Positions 60,261 through 64,000 of a stretch of DNA of 64,000 nt are shown here, in pieces. The translations under genes and the position numbers were made by a program. Below the pieces are notes generated by a model. That model saw only the letters and a list, made by a program, of their open reading frames with translations. It was not told the DNA's origin and made no database searches. The stretch covers positions 2,688,001-2,752,000 of the forward strand of contig CAWGMQ010000004.1 of assembly GCA_963823665.1 (NCBI GenBank). The letters are read 5' to 3'. Origin of the DNA: an uncultured Planctomycetota bacterium. Lineage in GTDB: Bacteria > Planctomycetota > Planctomycetia > Isosphaerales > Isosphaeraceae. Every line of letters begins with the position of its first letter. Positions within the stretch are counted from its first letter, which is position 1.

Positions 60261-63200
60261 ATGATCAAGGGCACTTTGCCGGGACGGGCGCTCGAACCGC
60301 TGCGGACGCTATTCGGCGCGGGCACGACGGCCGGTTTGACCGACGGCCAGTTGCTCGAGCGATTCGCGGGCCGATGCGGCCATGATGCCGAAGCTGCTTT
60401 CGCCGCCTTGGTGTCACGCCACGGCCCGATGGTTCGGCGCGTCTGCCGCTCGCTGCTCGCCGACGCCAATGACGCTGATGATGCCTTCCAGGCTACGTTT
60501 CTTGTCCTCGCTCGAAAGGCCGGAGCGATCAGGCGCCCCGAGCTGCTCGCCAACTGGCTTTATGGAACGGCGCATCGTGCAGCCCGAACACTCAAAACCC
60601 GGGCCGCACGCCGGCTCAAGCACGAGACGCGGGAGGCCGTCATGGCTCACACGCGAGTGTCCAGCATCCAGATGATCTTGCACAACAGGCAACGCGCCGT
60701 GAAGAGGCCCGGATCATCCATGAGGAGCTGGCCCGGCTGCCGGGAACTTGCCGGATGGCCGTGGTGCTCTGCGAGCTGGAAGCGCGTCCCCAGCATGAGG
60801 TCGCCCAGCTTCTGCGCTGTTCGGATCGGACCCTTCGCCGGCGGCTGGATCGAGCGCGCCAACTGCTGCGGCTGCGGCTGGCTCGCCGGGGACTGGCGCC
60901 CACGGCCGGGCTAGTAGCAGCGGCTCTAGGGCCTGGGCCAGCCTCTGCGGCAATTCCACAAATCACAGTCGAAACAATGGCCCGGGCCGCGGTCCGTTTC
61001 GCGGCCGGGCAGGCTACAGCCGGGGTCGTCCCGGCATCGGCATCGGCTCTTGCGGAAGGAGTGATCACGACCATGCTCTGGACCAAGCTGAAAGCGATCG
61101 CGGGTGCCGGGTGTGCAGTCCTTGTGCTCGGTGTTGGGGTCGGAGTCGGGGAAGGTACCTGGGTCAGACATGAAGCGTTGGCCCAGGACCGTGAAAAACG
61201 CGCTGAATCAACACGCGCGGGAAATAAAGGAGCCCGTGCTGCTCTCCCATCCCCGGCGGAACAATATCAGGCACTTGTGCAAAGGTTCGACGTCGCCATG
61301 GCGGCGTACAACAAGCTCGGCGAGAACGCACAGACTCAAGCGGAACGAGAGGCCGCCTACAAGGGGCATCGCCTTCCCGAGCTGGAGTTCAACCCGCAAT
61401 TCCTTGCGCTGGCCGAGCGCTACCCGAATGATCCGGTTGCCATCGATTCTTTGTCGTGGATCCTTGAGAAAACCATGCGGTACTGGGATAGTTATCACCA
61501 GGCCCGCGGTGATGCGCTCGAGCGCACCATGGAGATTCTCGCTCGCGATCATCTCGCGAATCCGCGCCTGGGCGTCGTTTGCCTGAAGCTCACCCTTTAC
61601 CCCTCACCGCGGCGCGATCAGTTCCTTCGGGCGGTTGCTTCGCGGAGCTCCGATCGGGTCGTGCGCGGGCGGGCAACGCTGGCGCTCGCTCAGTATCTGA
61701 AGAATAAGGGTGAATTTGTGGCGAGCCTGCAGAAGCCGGGGTCGCCGCAGGAAGAGAAAACAGTGTTCGAGATTTATGGACCCGAATACCTCGGTCAACT
61801 CCGCGCATCCGATCCGGCGGCGATGCTGGCCGAGGCCGATCGGCTGTTTGCACGCGTGTCCACCGACTTCGCCGACGTGGCTTTAGCGCCGCCAGGCGAT
61901 CAGCCTTCGCGTGAGACCCTTGCGGACGTCGCCGCGCGCGACCGGCGAAGGCCGCCGCCCGGCAATTCGCAAACGAGCGTGCCCGATGAACCCGCGGACG
62001 GGTTCCGATCCATCGACGAAGCCTTCCGCTCGGGCGTCAAGGCTGCCAACGAGGCCGCCGAAAAAGCGCAGAAGGATGCGGGCAAGACCGGGATGGACGA
62101 GGTTAGCTTGCAAGCCTACATCAGGGCGTATCCGAAATGGACCGATGCCGGTGTCTCGATGTGGCGGCTGGCCCAGGCGTACCCGCGCAACCAGGCGGCG
62201 TTCAATGCTTTGATATGGCTCGTCGAGCAAGGGCCCCGTTTTTTCGATTCGCGGCCGGAGCGCGACGCCGTGCTGTCTCAGGTTGTCGACGTGTTCGTTC
62301 GTGACCATCTCGAAACGATTGCCGGGCACCTCACCGATCGAAATGTCGCGATGGCCCTGAGCTTGGGCGAGCCGCTGCCGGCCACTTACCGCGAGCGACT
62401 CCTGCGGGCGCTCTTCACGCGATGCCGCGACCGCATCGCGAGAGGGCGGATGGGACTTATCCTCGCCCGATATCTCATGGCCGAAGCCGAGTGCATCGAG
62501 CGGCTCAACCGCCCCGGAGCCGAGTCTCGAGCGCCCGTGGGAGCTCATCTTTCTCGATCCTGCGGTTGCCGATCAACTCCGGAAGGCAGACCGCCAGGCG
62601 ATTGGCCGTCAGGCTGAAGAAGTGCTCAACCGCCTCATTACTGATTACGGCGACGTGGCCCATGTCGAAGGCCAGGTCGTGACGAGCGACACGCTTGCGA
62701 CCATCGCCAGGCGCGAGCTGTTCGAGATTCAGAGACTCTCCGTCGGCTGCCAGGCGCCGGAAATCGTCGGCGAGGATTCGGATGGCAAGCCCATGAAACT
62801 CTCCGAGTTCCGCGGCAAGGTTGTGCTGCTCGACTTCGGCAGCCACGAGCACTGCGGCGGCTGCAAGGTCGTCTACCCGCGGCTGCGCGGCACGCTCGAG
62901 CGCCTGCATGGCCGGCCGTTCGTGATCCTGGGAATCAATAACTTCGACCAGCGCGACAAGCTCAAAGAGGCGATCGCACACGGTGAAATCACCTGGCGAT
63001 GCTGGTGGGACAGCGACAAGCCCGTCACACCCGGCCCGATCACGACAACCTGGAACATTCGCGGCTATCCCACCTTCGTCCTGATCGACCACCGCGGCGT
63101 GATCCGCTCCAAGAAGGATAACCACCCCTTTGCCCCGTGGTTCGACAGCAGCGTTGATTTGCTGGTGAAAGAGGCGGAATCGGATCAGGCACGCCGGTGA
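60261..63200 (+). CDS. ECF sigma factor with TM and C-terminal extension ending in a TlpA/redoxin domain; frameshifts near 60660 and 62530
   Basis: LTDGQLLERF, AFAALVSRHGPMV, DAFQATFLVLARKA, IHEELARLP, TM VLVLGVGV, two helical repeats, APEIVGEDSDGKPMKLSEFRGKVVLLDF...CGGC, GYPT. Confidence 0.82.
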
Positions 63201-63326
63201 TCGAGCGAGCCCGAGCGGGTGTCATTGGAACGCTCGCGGGTGTCGCATCCGGCTCGCCGCATCGTTACAGTAATCTTGGTGCGGGTAGAGAGCGGTCGGT
63301 CGCGATGTCCTACGATTCCCAGAGCC

Positions 63327-63764
63327 ATGTCAGAGCCGCGCAAAGCCTTCCCGATTTTTGGCGTGATCGCTGTCGTGCTCGGAGCGGTTCTCGGTTCTTA
63401 TGCGGTGCAAATGGCGTTCTCGAATCGCACCGCCGACATCGAACGCGCCCTGACAATGGCCTCGAACGAGGCCAACAAGAACGTGCCGCTCATGCTGGAT
63501 GCGGAAACCCGCCTGGATGGAACGAGCGCGGGCCCCGGCCGGGTATTGATCTACAACTATACGCTCGTCAATGTGACGAAAGGCGAGGGCTTGAACACAC
63601 AGAAGTTCGAGGAAGTGACGCGGCCGAACATCATCAGAGAGTACAAGACAACCCCCGGACTCAAGGCGCTGCGAGAGGCCGATGTTTCCATGCACCATCG
63701 GTTTTCGGATAAGGACGGGGTGTTTATCATCGAGATCGTCATTGCGCCGGACGATCTCAAGTGA
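63327..63764 (+). CDS. Hypothetical membrane-anchored protein
   Basis: N-terminal TM (IFGVIAVVLGAVLG), then NKNVPLMLDAETRLD...IYNYTL domain. Confidence 0.65.
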   Translation: MSEPRKAFPIFGVIAVVLGAVLGSYAVQMAFSNRTADIERALTMASNEANKNVPLMLDAETRLDGTSAGPGRVLIYNYTLVNVTKGEGLNTQKFEEVTRPNIIREYKTTPGLKALREADVSMHHRFSDKDGVFIIEIVIAPDDLK

Positions 63765-64000
63765 GACGTGGTAACCGTCAGGCGAGGGCGTTTGGATCGC
63801 TCGGCGCCGGCTCTCGCCAGGGCCGTGTTAACTCCGCGGCCCATGCGGCGTCTTCTTCGGTAAGTGGCGGCTCCGCAGGCGCGCCCGCGTAATCGAATGC
63901 CCCCCGGCGGTACGGGCCTGAAAGGTGATCAGCTTGTGCCCCTGAGATGAGTCACGAATTTCGACAAAGTGATGTCGAATGGGGTCCACCGAAATGATCC

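Overview
High-GC bacterial window, most likely Planctomycetota (Isosphaeraceae-like). This is inferred from 'LExRxLL' N-terminal export motifs, a long ECF sigma factor with a C-terminal extension, Uma2 paralogues and an 'FTIRRL' small membrane protein. Single-base frameshifts in housekeeping genes (rnc, deoC, tex) suggest uncorrected long-read indels, so most split ORFs are probably intact genes. Layout: (1) housekeeping block at 1-12 kb with a Zn-ribbon protein, two thioredoxins, trpF, rnc, deoC, rpiA and tRNA-Pro(TGG). (2) The highlight, a co-oriented eukaryote-like ubiquitination cluster at 12.9-20.3 kb: membrane-anchored RING-type E3 candidate, ubiquitin-like protein ending VAG-RIC, E2 (HPN...C), E1 (ThiF), a two-TM membrane-anchored JAB/MPN+ peptidase, then an M48/Ste24-like protease and DinB. 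(3) A decayed accessory region at 20.3-28.1 kb with toxin-antitoxin remnants, gene fragments and an ISAs1 element with TIRs and a 10-bp TSD. (4) An ABC exporter, Tex with a large disordered insertion, and a ~1500-aa voltage-sensor-like membrane protein. (5) A choline/ethanolamine kinase - phosphoethanolamine N-methyltransferase - APC permease - phosphatidylcholine synthase operon. (6) A ~9.8-kb beta-helix/Calx-beta surface protein gene built from ~2.94-kb internal repeats, an esterase, a second beta-helix protein and an ECF sigma-TM-redoxin fusion. All family assignments come from motif recognition; no database searches were run.
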